From Alteromonas naphthalenivorans (lineage in GTDB: Bacteria; Babelota; Babeliae; Babelales; CAIQNR01): DNA of 23,886 nucleotides. The notes below the pieces were generated by a model, which ran no database searches, was not told the origin of the DNA, and saw only the letters and a list, made by a program, of their open reading frames with translations. Both the position numbers and the translations under genes were made by a program. Where the stretch lies: contig JBLICC010000008.1 in assembly GCA_047631715.1 (NCBI GenBank), positions 1 to 23,886 on the forward strand. Direction: 5' to 3'. Shown piece by piece: positions 1-7,658 of the stretch (position 1 is its first letter; each line of letters opens with the position of its first letter).

Positions 1-1
1 C

Positions 2-166
2 ATGATTAAAAACCGCACAAATCAATTGTCATACACATTTGGTTGGGAAGCAAGATACGGTCTTAAAGCTGGTGCAACGATTAGTACCGGTTCTGAGCAT
101 GTAATAAAAGCAGAAAATAGTCCTCAGTACCATAGTTGGTTCTTGAGAACAGAGGTTGGTTTTTAG
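2..166 (+). CDS. 3' end of a gene entering from the left edge; probable outer-membrane beta-barrel protein
   Basis: Frame 2 is open from the window edge to TAG 164-166: ...LSYTFGWEARYG...YHSWFLRTEVGF*. Alternating hydrophobic pattern and terminal Phe fit a beta-barrel C-terminal signal. Followed by a terminator. Confidence 0.6.
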   Translation: MIKNRTNQLSYTFGWEARYGLKAGATISTGSEHVIKAENSPQYHSWFLRTEVGF

Positions 167-178
167 TTCTCTGATATA

Positions 179-232
179 CACTAAAGACTAAAAAAGACCG
201 GTTTAAACGCCGGTCTTTTTTAGTCTTTAGTG
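179..232. terminator. Perfect 23-bp inverted repeat, probable bidirectional intrinsic terminator
   Basis: CACTAAAGACTAAAAAAGACCGG (179-201), 8-nt loop, CCGGTCTTTTTTAGTCTTTAGTG (210-232), between convergent genes. Confidence 0.8.
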
Positions 233-251
233 ATTTTGTATAAGGACTTGA

Positions 252-394
252 CCCTTCGATACAACGATCTCTTTGTTCGCGCCACTCAGGGTGATTTGTA
301 CTTTCTATCGAGTCATACTGTCGTACCCGACGAAGCTTTATGCGAAGCCTGGGAGTGATTTTGAGCGTAGTGAGAAATTGTATCGAATGTATGT
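252..394. repeat. REP/MITE-like palindromic repeat doublet with a nested 33-nt insert
   Basis: Unit CTTCGATAC...CACTCAGGGTGA at 252-294 and an inverted unit at 307-394. 307-394 is a close reverse-complement match to 22737-22824. Confidence 0.8.
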
Positions 395-406
395 GTCATT
401 ATTAAC

Positions 407-1990
407 TTATAATGGCTTATTTAATTCTTTTATGATGTCATCAATATGCTTTGCAAAATTATCCACTTGAATCTTATGTTCAGTTACTCGTGCTGTTGGA
501 GTTGTGCTGTTTAAAAGACCAGATGCATTTTTTATTTTAGTATGTAGATCTTGAGTTGAACGTAGTTTATCGTTTACCTGTTGTTTTATTCGATCAATAG
601 TGTTACGACATTCTGTTCCTGAAGATGCTTGAGATTTTATTTTTAGAACCCAAGAAGCAACATCTTTTTTGACCTTGGAAAGCTCAAACGATGCTTCATT
701 AAAAATATCAGATATATCTTTACTTGTGCCTGGATTAACATCATCTGTGCTGACTAAATACGTATCCATAAAACTATCTAACTTAGATTTATTGTAACCT
801 GTAATTTGATCTACATGATCTATACGAGTTTTTATTTTTTGTTCAAGCGCATAAGTTTTATCAGCTTCGGTTTCTTTGATTGGTGAGGTAGCTTTCTCTT
901 CTTCTTTTTTCTTTTTATCGGTAGTTTTTTTTGCATTAGCAGTTCCTGCTGTGCCTGGTGTCCCAGGAGTACTACTTGATGGGGATGATGCTGGTAAACT
1001 CATAGAACTTCCTGGTCTTGCAGAAGATCCAGCTAAACCAGTTCCTCCACCACCATAAGAACCACCTCGGTTACCGGGTCCACCAGTGTATTGCTGAGTT
1101 GCTTTTTTACCGCTTGGCGACTGATATGTTTGTACTGTATTGGTAGTAGGCAAGCTTGTTTTGTGTGCACTTGCTTTCTTTTCTTTTTCTTCTTGGTCCT
1201 TTTTGATCTTTAATGCTTCTGGTTCATACTTTTGAACTAACCGCTCGAGATCGGTAAGTATATGTTTTTGTGCGGTTGCAGACTCTATAATAGAAATAAA
1301 TTTTTGTAACAAACTTGTAGCATCTTTAATTTGTTGTCTTTGGAGTTTAAGATCTGCAGTTGTTTGTTTTTTACCAACTTCTATTTCTGGTACTGTTAAT
1401 TCTGAATCAATTTCTTCAACCTGCTCATAGAGCTTTCTAAGGTTGTTATTAAGTGGAGTAAATTCAGTATCTGTTAAATGCACTAAATGCTTACTGTAGT
1501 TAACAACGTTTAAGTAATAAGTAAGATCACTTAATGTTTTATTAAGAGGCGCAATAAGTTGTACCAATGTTTCGTCACTCGTAGCCTTTTGACGAATAGA
1601 TGCAATGGTATCTACCAATCCAGAAAGAATTCGTTGAATACGTGATTTTTCTTTAGAAGTAAGTACTCGTGCTTTTGGTTTTGCTTGCTCTTTTGGTTTA
1701 ACGGTATGTTTAGTTGATGTTGGTTTTGGCTTAGGTGTAGTTGGCGCTACCGGTGCTGGACCAAAGAGAGGGCGACCTTCTTTTTCTGCTGTTTCGATCA
1801 TTTCTTCACCAATTTTTGCTAGCTCATCAAGCTCTTCTGGGCTAAGAGTATCTAGAAACTTTTGAATCTCTTCCATCTCTTGCGCAGTTGGCATGGGCAA
1901 CATTCCACCACCCGGTTTACCAGGAGGCATTCCAGCAATCACTGGAGAGAGGCATAAAAGACTAACTAAAAGTAATAATAATTTTTTCAT
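407..1990 (-). CDS. Hypothetical exported protein, helical with Pro/Lys- and Gly/Ser-rich linkers
   Basis: Long ORF; likely start MKKLLLLLVSLLCLSPVIA (signal peptide) at 1990. No family recognised. Confidence 0.8.
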   Translation of the reverse strand: MKKLLLLLVSLLCLSPVIAGMPPGKPGGGMLPMPTAQEMEEIQKFLDTLSPEELDELAKIGEEMIETAEKEGRPLFGPAPVAPTTPKPKPTSTKHTVKPKEQAKPKARVLTSKEKSRIQRILSGLVDTIASIRQKATSDETLVQLIAPLNKTLSDLTYYLNVVNYSKHLVHLTDTEFTPLNNNLRKLYEQVEEIDSELTVPEIEVGKKQTTADLKLQRQQIKDATSLLQKFISIIESATAQKHILTDLERLVQKYEPEALKIKKDQEEKEKKASAHKTSLPTTNTVQTYQSPSGKKATQQYTGGPGNRGGSYGGGGTGLAGSSARPGSSMSLPASSPSSSTPGTPGTAGTANAKKTTDKKKKEEEKATSPIKETEADKTYALEQKIKTRIDHVDQITGYNKSKLDSFMDTYLVSTDDVNPGTSKDISDIFNEASFELSKVKKDVASWVLKIKSQASSGTECRNTIDRIKQQVNDKLRSTQDLHTKIKNASGLLNSTTPTARVTEHKIQVDNFAKHIDDIIKELNKPL

Positions 1991-2181
1991 AATAATAGGC
2001 ACCTTTGGTAATTTTTATCTTTATTCATAAGGGTTTTAGTGTAAAGACAGAGGGGTTTAAAGTCAAAAGGTGGTATATGGGTAAGCTTAAACCAAAACTT
2101 GAATTCTTATTAAAGACGGGTTACGTTCAAAATATATCTGTTTTAATTATTATAATAATCTACCTTAAAAGGAGAGTGATT

Positions 2182-2331
2182 ATGAAAAAGTTATTATTTG
2201 GTGGCTGTAATTGTGATGGTGACTGTAACTGTAGCGGCGGCGGATGTTCTGATGGAAGCTGCGGAAGCGATAAAAGCAGTAAAGGCGAAAAAACTGGTTC
2301 AGACCATAGCCAGCAGCAGGGTGGCGAATAA
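2182..2331 (+). CDS. Small Cys-rich peptide (49 aa, 6 Cys), metallothionein-like or precursor-like
   Basis: Strong RBS AAAAGGAGAG then ATG 2182. MKKLLFGGCNCDGDCNCSGGGCSDGSCGS...; stop 9 nt before lnt. Confidence 0.6.
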   Translation: MKKLLFGGCNCDGDCNCSGGGCSDGSCGSDKSSKGEKTGSDHSQQQGGE

Positions 2332-2340
2332 CCAATAATC

Positions 2341-3573
2341 ATGACAACCTGGTTATACTTATTAAGTTCGGCGGCATTATATGTCGCCTCTTTTTTATGG
2401 ATTAAATATTGTTGGTGGGGTACGCTTCTTTTTTTAACTCCTCTTTTTTATGTAGCTCGCTATAAACAACTTACTTTTGTTCAAGGCTTTGCCTGGGGAT
2501 GTATTGTTTACACAGCACATATGTCTGCAATCTGGTTGGTATGCATAGAATACGGAACAGGGTGGTTGCGATTTGGTGCTCCGGTTGCTACAGTTTTCTG
2601 GTTTGCCATACTCTCCGGCCTTTGGTTTATACTTCTTAAGACACGCTTTATTATCATTCGTTACACAGCAACCATAGGGTTTTTCTTTTTTATCGATTCT
2701 ATCGTTCTTTTTCCATTCTTTAATTGTCTTGAAGGTTATCCATTTGCGCTACCGCTTATACCATTAATGCATGGAGCTCATCTTGGCCTTTTGCCCACAC
2801 TAGGAAAAATAGGGTTATTAGCTGGTCTTATACTTATACAATTATTATATGCGTACCAATACTTTATAGTGCCAATTGTTGTAACGGGTCTCTTGTTTTT
2901 TACCGTGCCTATAAAACAGCAGCAGGGTGATTGGAAAGATCAATGCATTGGTATTGCGCACATGTGGAAAGAGCAACAACCTTATGAGCGAGCGCAAGAG
3001 ATTTGTCATGTATTAATAGATACCATTAGGAAACATCCAGAAAAAAGGGTGGTAGTATTGCCCGAATCGGTGTTCCCATGGCCATTGCATGAACACGAGT
3101 ATGCACTTAAGATGTGGACAGATAATGCACTCGAACAAACCAGATATTTAATTTTAGGTTCTTATCGCAAAAACAATGGAAAGCTGCTCAATACCTTTTA
3201 TATTGTACAGCGAAGTCGTATAATATTTTATTATGACAAGACACATTTGATTCCTTTTTTTGAAAAAACAAACTCGTCCCCGTTATTAAAAGGATTGAAC
3301 TCTTTATTTTTATCAACAAAGGAATCTTTTTCGAAAAGTACTTTGTATCGAAAGTGGATTTTTCGCGGCTCAAGGACTTTTACAGATATAACTCCTTTAA
3401 TCTGTTCCGAAGCTTTTTGGCACATGCCAAAGAATAAGAAAGCAATAAATCTGGTTAATGATGCCTACTTTAGGCTCCCCTACTTTCCTCGCCTCATGAG
3501 GTCTTTGGCTCATCTGAATGCGGCTGAACAGAATACAGAACTCTTTTATTGCTCCTGGCGGAGCAATTTTTAA
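2341..3573 (+). CDS. lnt: Apolipoprotein N-acyltransferase (multi-TM plus CN-hydrolase domain)
   Basis: N-terminal TM helices; nitrilase triad motifs VLPES (E), YDKTHLIPF (K), PLICSE (C), plus LVNDA. Confidence 0.8.
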   Translation: MTTWLYLLSSAALYVASFLWIKYCWWGTLLFLTPLFYVARYKQLTFVQGFAWGCIVYTAHMSAIWLVCIEYGTGWLRFGAPVATVFWFAILSGLWFILLKTRFIIIRYTATIGFFFFIDSIVLFPFFNCLEGYPFALPLIPLMHGAHLGLLPTLGKIGLLAGLILIQLLYAYQYFIVPIVVTGLLFFTVPIKQQQGDWKDQCIGIAHMWKEQQPYERAQEICHVLIDTIRKHPEKRVVVLPESVFPWPLHEHEYALKMWTDNALEQTRYLILGSYRKNNGKLLNTFYIVQRSRIIFYYDKTHLIPFFEKTNSSPLLKGLNSLFLSTKESFSKSTLYRKWIFRGSRTFTDITPLICSEAFWHMPKNKKAINLVNDAYFRLPYFPRLMRSLAHLNAAEQNTELFYCSWRSNF

Positions 3574-3626
3574 CTTTTTTGCTAAGCTTAAATAAGCTCA
3601 CCCTCAGAAATTAATTTAAAAAAGAC

Positions 3627-3655
3627 TTGCAATTAATAATTTCAAATAGTATAAT
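3627..3655 (+). promoter_or_regulatory. Sigma70-type promoter for the 46-aa peptide gene
   Basis: TTGCAA (3627-3632), 17-nt spacer, TATAAT (3650-3655). Confidence 0.7.
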
Positions 3656-3725
3656 TGTACTTAGGTGGAAATGGAGGTTTTCAACCTTAAGAGTTTATAA
3701 ACTTTTCAGAATGACAGGAGGCAAC

Positions 3726-3866
3726 ATGAATTTCATAGAACGACAAATAGAAAAGTTACGAAATTGGATCTCGGGAGCATCAAAGGTTCCTGTAAAGATT
3801 AAAGAAGAAAAAAGGGGAAATGGAGAAAAACCACAAGCCGATAAAATTAGACGCTTTTGGAAGTAA
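3726..3866 (+). CDS. Small basic 46-aa protein, copy 1
   Basis: RBS AGGAGG, promoter and terminator present. MNFIERQIEKLRNWISGASKVPVKIKEEKRGNGEKPQADKIRRFWK. Paralogue differs mostly by silent changes. Confidence 0.8.
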   Translation: MNFIERQIEKLRNWISGASKVPVKIKEEKRGNGEKPQADKIRRFWK

Positions 3867-3891
3867 GTCTTAAAACAAATTAAGATACCCT

Positions 3892-3926
3892 AACCCAACG
3901 GAATTTTTTCCGTTGGGTTTTTTTTT
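3892..3926 (+). terminator. Intrinsic terminator
   Basis: AACCCAACGGAA-loop-TTCCGTTGGGTT followed by a T run. Confidence 0.8.
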
Positions 3927-3931
3927 GCTCA

Positions 3932-4129
3932 TTATTCTTTTTCTTTAAATGCTAATGCTATTAAGCGCTCGAGTTCATCTACTTTTTTTGTTAACTCTAC
4001 AATTTGAGTTACTTTTTTTTTATTTTTTTTATCTTTTTCCAAGGCAACTTTTGCTTCTGAACTTTCTTCATCAGCGGCATTCAAAAACATTATTTCAAAA
4101 GCCAAAGAGAGAAGTAATTTTTTATTCAT
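3932..4129 (-). CDS. Small hypothetical protein, signal-peptide-like N terminus and coiled coil
   Basis: RBS AAAGGA before ATG; MNKKLLLSLAF...; converges on the 3892 terminator. Confidence 0.6.
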   Translation of the reverse strand: MNKKLLLSLAFEIMFLNAADEESSEAKVALEKDKKNKKKVTQIVELTKKVDELERLIALAFKEKE

Positions 4130-4273
4130 TTTTTCCTTTATTTTAAGTATTAATTACTCTTTATACTCTATAGTACTATTTTAGAAATTAAGCTTTATTG
4201 TTTAATGCTACAAAAAATGCTTAAGTAATAATTATATTATTATTGTATTTATACTAAAAAGGAGAATAACAGT

Positions 4274-4825
4274 ATGAAGATCAAAAGTTTATTACTCACC
4301 CTGGTATTGAGCTCTCTTAGTACCACAAACCCCGTTAGAATCAACAGTAAAACCATCCCGAAATCAACCTATCAAACAATTACAGCTGGAACGGTAGATG
4401 CTAATTTTGGAGGAAAAAATGGTGCCCCTGCGGGTTCTTATAATCCCTCTATCGTTCTTGATAATGATGATGATATAATGACAATGCAGCTACAAACAGA
4501 TGGAAAGATACTTATTGCTGGAGCCGCTACTATTGATGGTGAAGTACAATGGTATGTGCAAAGACTTAATGTAAACGGCACATTGGATACAAGTTTTAAT
4601 GCTGGCAGTGTAGATGGCACTCCCGGTTCTTATAACCCTGATCTTGGGGGAGCTAGTGGAATTTATACAATGCAGCTACAAACAGATGGTAAGATACTTC
4701 TTTTTGGATACGCTACTATTGAAGCTGACTTAAAATGGTATGCAAGACGTTTATTAAACGACATTAATCCACTGACTCAACTCAAAAGTTCATACGGCAA
4801 TACAGGGTTTATTACATCGGCATAA
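4274..4825 (+). CDS. Exported delta-60 repeat (beta-propeller blade) protein with two repeats
   Basis: Signal peptide; two MQLQTDGKIL..G...WY..RL units linked by NGTLDTSF; RBS AAGGAG. Paralogue at 22301. Confidence 0.8.
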   Translation: MKIKSLLLTLVLSSLSTTNPVRINSKTIPKSTYQTITAGTVDANFGGKNGAPAGSYNPSIVLDNDDDIMTMQLQTDGKILIAGAATIDGEVQWYVQRLNVNGTLDTSFNAGSVDGTPGSYNPDLGGASGIYTMQLQTDGKILLFGYATIEADLKWYARRLLNDINPLTQLKSSYGNTGFITSA

Positions 4826-4855
4826 CTAACTAAGTTTAACGTTGGTATAAATACG

Positions 4856-4898
4856 CGTCTTTCATGGGCTTAATTGCTTGTGGAAGGCGTTTGTTTTT
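4856..4898 (+). terminator. G-U-rich intrinsic terminator, shared with 22664-22700
   Basis: CGTCTTTCATGGGC/GCTTGTGGAAGGCG forms 14 pairs only with G-U wobbles (+ strand RNA); T-rich tail. Confidence 0.65.
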
Positions 4899-4973
4899 GT
4901 GCATTTTGCATGCAGCATCTCTTAGTATCAATATCTTGTTTTTTTTTATGCACTATACATTATCTTTCATAGA

Positions 4974-5154
4974 GTCATCCTGAGTGGCGTGAATGTAATG
5001 AGCGTTGTATCGAAGGATAGTAAAGAACGAGTTCCATACATTCGACCCATTCGATACAATTTCTACGAAATCACTCAGGGTGACTCACGTTGTTCAAAAT
5101 CACTCGGTACGACTCGATAAAAAATGTTCGATCACGCTAGGATTGAGTTATACT
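4974..5154. repeat. Cluster of REP/MITE-like repeat units (one nested, one truncated)
   Basis: GTCATCCTGAGTGG...GTATCGAAGG (4974-5017); CATTCGATACAATTTCTACGAAATCACTCAGGGTGA (~5048-5083); 5094-5154 matches 22767-22860 without the 33-nt insert. Confidence 0.8.
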
Positions 5155-5171
5155 TTTAACCTTTAACTTCA

Positions 5172-5209
5172 TTGTTCTACTGTGCTATCATACTAGAACA
5201 GTAGAACAA
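5172..5209. promoter_or_regulatory. Palindromic operator candidate for the downstream TrpR/YerC-like repressor
   Basis: TTGTTCTACTGTGCTA-N6-TAGAACAGTAGAACAA: 16-bp arms with 1 mismatch, built from 8-bp tandem half-sites, ending 18 nt before the ATG. Confidence 0.65.
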
Positions 5210-5227
5210 GTTAAAAAAAGGAATAAT

Positions 5228-5515
5228 ATGAATAATAAAGAAGATAAACTTAAAGAAAAACTCTTTGAAGCTTTGTTGAAAATAGAAAGCAAATCAGAGA
5301 TGGCCCGTGTTATGAAGGATTTGTGTACTCCACAAGAAATTAAAGCTTTGGCTGAACGCTGGCAAATATGTCAATTATTGGAGCAAGCAGAACTATCATA
5401 TAGAGCAATTAGTGAGCAAACAGGAGTAAGCCTTACCACTATTACCCGTGTAGCGCGATTTTTTAAAGATGAGCCCCATCGAGGCTATAAACTTTTATTA
5501 AAACGAACGAAATAA
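5228..5515 (+). CDS. YerC/YecD family TrpR-related transcriptional regulator
   Basis: DLCTPQEIKALAERW...SYRAISEQTGVSLTTITRVAR...GY: TrpR-like HTH signature. Confidence 0.9.
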   Translation: MNNKEDKLKEKLFEALLKIESKSEMARVMKDLCTPQEIKALAERWQICQLLEQAELSYRAISEQTGVSLTTITRVARFFKDEPHRGYKLLLKRTK

Positions 5516-5546
5516 TAAGGAATAAAAATGTATAAGGAAAGTGATC

Positions 5547-6311
5547 ATGAAAAAAATTATTATGGTAGTAGCACTACTCGGACTATGTATTGGATGTTTA
5601 CTCTCTATTAAAAAAAATCAAAAAAACAACTCTCTAACTGTTGGTATTGCAGCTAATTATGCTCCTTGGATTAGCATTAACTCACAAAATGAATATGAAG
5701 GTTTTGATATAGATGTTATTAAAGCCGTTGCACAAGAAATGAATGTTCCACTGGTGCTAAATGATTTGGGGTCAATGTCTTCATTACTTATTGCACTAGA
5801 TCAAGGCAAAGTGGACGCGGTTATTTGGGGAATGTCTATTGTTCCCGAACGTCTTAAGAAAATGGCAATGGTGCGCTACCAGGGAGAAGTGGTTACAAGT
5901 TACCCATTGCTATTCTGGAATAGCATCCCTAAAAACATTACTTCTATTAAAGATCTTAAAAACAAAATAGTCTGTGTTGAGCCTGCTTCTTCTCAAGATA
6001 CTGTGTTAAAAAAGTATTCTTACATTAATAAACTTGTTACAGAAAAAATTGATGACGCATTGCTTAATATTCAATATGGACGAGCAGATGCTGCTTTTGT
6101 GGAACCTGCAATTGCAAATAAATTTGTAAAAAAATATCCGGAAATAAAAACTCTGGATGTATTATTAGATAAAGAAGATCAAGTACAAGGCGTGGGCATT
6201 TGTATCAAAAAAAACAATATCAAATTAATAAATCAACTTGAGCAAGCAGCTCAGTCTTTAAATCAAAACGGGACCATTAAAGTATTTGAGCAGAGAAAGG
6301 AGGCAACATGA
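5547..6311 (+). CDS. Polar amino-acid ABC transporter substrate-binding protein (HisJ/ArtJ/GlnH family), C terminus probably altered
   Basis: LTVGIAANYAPW, GFDIDV, GKVDAVIWGMSIVPER, GRADA. Ends in RKEAT*, with the last codons inside the direct repeat. GTG 5541 is an alternative start. Confidence 0.88.
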   Translation: MKKIIMVVALLGLCIGCLLSIKKNQKNNSLTVGIAANYAPWISINSQNEYEGFDIDVIKAVAQEMNVPLVLNDLGSMSSLLIALDQGKVDAVIWGMSIVPERLKKMAMVRYQGEVVTSYPLLFWNSIPKNITSIKDLKNKIVCVEPASSQDTVLKKYSYINKLVTEKIDDALLNIQYGRADAAFVEPAIANKFVKKYPEIKTLDVLLDKEDQVQGVGICIKKNNIKLINQLEQAAQSLNQNGTIKVFEQRKEAT

Positions 6312-6448
6312 ATTTCATAGAACGACAAATAGAAAAGTTACGAAACTGGATCTCGGGAGCATCAAAGGTTCCTGTAAAGATTAAAGAAGAAAAAAGGGGA
6401 AATAGAGAAAAGCCACAAGCCGATAAAATTAGACGCTTTTGGAAATAG
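6308..6448 (+). CDS. Small basic 46-aa protein, copy 2 (not in the ORF track)
   Basis: ATG 6308 overlaps the binding-protein stop (ATGA); TAG 6446-6448; one amino-acid change (G33R) versus copy 1. Confidence 0.78.
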   Translation: MNFIERQIEKLRNWISGASKVPVKIKEEKRGNREKPQADKIRRFWK

Positions 6449-6471
6449 ATCTTAAAAAATTAAGATACCCT

Positions 6472-6504
6472 AACCCAACGAAATTCTTTCCGTTGGGTTT
6501 TTTT
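6472..6504 (+). terminator. Intrinsic terminator
   Basis: AACCCAACG...CGTTGGGTT plus T run. Confidence 0.75.
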
Positions 6505-6607
6505 GTCTATTTCTAAATTCTTATTTGATTGATTGACTCTGTCACAATAATTGATACGATTGAAATGGTTTAATATATCCACATTTTAATAATCGAGATT
6601 TTCTAAA

Positions 6608-7090
6608 ATGAAAAACATTCTGTATTTTTTTCTTTTATCTTTTTCTCTTTGTAATACTGCCGATATAACATTTGATATTACTGAATCTTTAAAAGAAGGA
6701 ATTGTAGAAAATTTATCAGCAACTGTTCTTAGTCAACCTCCAAGTGAAATTAATAATCTTGAAAAAAGAGGTATCGCATCTCTTACAGGAAATAACTTAA
6801 TGCTGATGACTCTGGCTGAAGATCGTTACAATAAACTAATTTTAGGTTTTATTAAAAGTAATTCTCAATACGAACTAACAACTTGTAAGCATATTGTAGT
6901 ACTTGGTAAAAAAGCTGCACGACTAGGAACATATATGGGAGTATTTAAGGTAACAAAAAGTTTTGTTTATAAAGGATCAGTAACTACTCCAGATCAACCT
7001 GTTTGCCAAATGTGTAGGGATAAGTTTAAAGATATGTTGCCAATGGTATTGCAAAGAATATGTAAAAACAGTCCAACAGTTCATATTTAA
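6608..7090 (+). CDS. Hypothetical exported protein with CxH and CxxC motifs
   Basis: Signal-peptide-like MKNILYFFLLSFSLC; TCKH and CQMCR motifs. Confidence 0.7.
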   Translation: MKNILYFFLLSFSLCNTADITFDITESLKEGIVENLSATVLSQPPSEINNLEKRGIASLTGNNLMLMTLAEDRYNKLILGFIKSNSQYELTTCKHIVVLGKKAARLGTYMGVFKVTKSFVYKGSVTTPDQPVCQMCRDKFKDMLPMVLQRICKNSPTVHI

Positions 7091-7177
7091 AATCTTAAAT
7101 TTTTCAAGTTAGCGCTTTTGGTTTATACTAATAACTCACTTAAAAGTGATCATCATTATCATGTCTTAAGGAGCATT

Positions 7178-7633
7178 ATGAAAGTATTTTTGTTAAAAGA
7201 TGTAGCAAACGTTGGAATGGCTGGCGAAGTGCTAAAAGTTAAAGAAGGATATGGTCTTAATTTTTTAATTCCAAGAAAACTTGCAGTTAAACTTACTGCA
7301 AAAAACGAAGCATTTTATGCATCTCGTATCAAATTAGTTGCAAATCGCAAAGAAGTAATTTCATCAAACACTTCTATGCTTGGTGAAAAAATTAAAACAT
7401 TAAAACTTTCTTTAAAACGTAAAATGCATGACGACGGCAAGCTCTATGGTGCAATCAGCTCTATGGAAATTGTTGATCTGCTAGCAAAAGAAGGCGTTAC
7501 TGTTTCTAAGAGCCAAGTAAAGTTTAATAAGAATATCAAAGAAAAAGGTGAGTTCACCGTTGATATTAAATTAACTTCTAAGCTTCAATCTGCATTCTCT
7601 TTAAAAATAGTTCCTGAAAAAAAATCTGCATAA
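7178..7633 (+). CDS. rplI: 50S ribosomal protein L9
   Basis: MKVFLLKDVANVGMAGEVLKVKEGYGLNFLIP, GKLYGAI; RBS AAGGAG before ATG 7178. Confidence 0.97.
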   Translation: MKVFLLKDVANVGMAGEVLKVKEGYGLNFLIPRKLAVKLTAKNEAFYASRIKLVANRKEVISSNTSMLGEKIKTLKLSLKRKMHDDGKLYGAISSMEIVDLLAKEGVTVSKSQVKFNKNIKEKGEFTVDIKLTSKLQSAFSLKIVPEKKSA

Positions 7634-7658
7634 GTTAAATTAAAGAAAGCAACATTAT

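Larger units (their letters stand above)
3716..3927 (+). repeat. ~210-bp direct repeat, copy 1 (RBS + small ORF + terminator)
   Basis: Near-identical to 6298-6505. Confidence 0.95.
6298..6505 (+). repeat. ~210-bp direct repeat, copy 2
   Basis: Near-identical to 3716-3927. Confidence 0.95.

Noticed and set aside
273..470. 65-aa ORF from the track
   Set aside because: Runs through the palindromic repeats and overlaps the opposite-strand gene; no RBS.
2005..2181. N-terminal extension of the Cys-rich ORF (108 aa in the track)
   Set aside because: TTG start inside a divergent promoter region; the strong RBS marks ATG 2182.
2311..2930. 13-nt repeat CAGCAGCAGGGTG in the Cys-rich ORF and lnt
   Set aside because: Short, low-complexity QQQG codons; likely chance.
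3627..3725. Extension of the 46-aa ORF to 79 aa
   Set aside because: The TTG is the -35 box; paralogue homology begins at the RBS of ATG 3726.
4819..4892. attC/integron cassette interpretation of the shared 3' flank
   Set aside because: No proper RYYYAAC...GTTRRRY paired ends, no IntI-type integrase; the G-U hairpin fits an RNA terminator.
4974..5154. CRISPR array
   Set aside because: Units are inverted, nested and irregular, without unique regular spacers; no cas genes.
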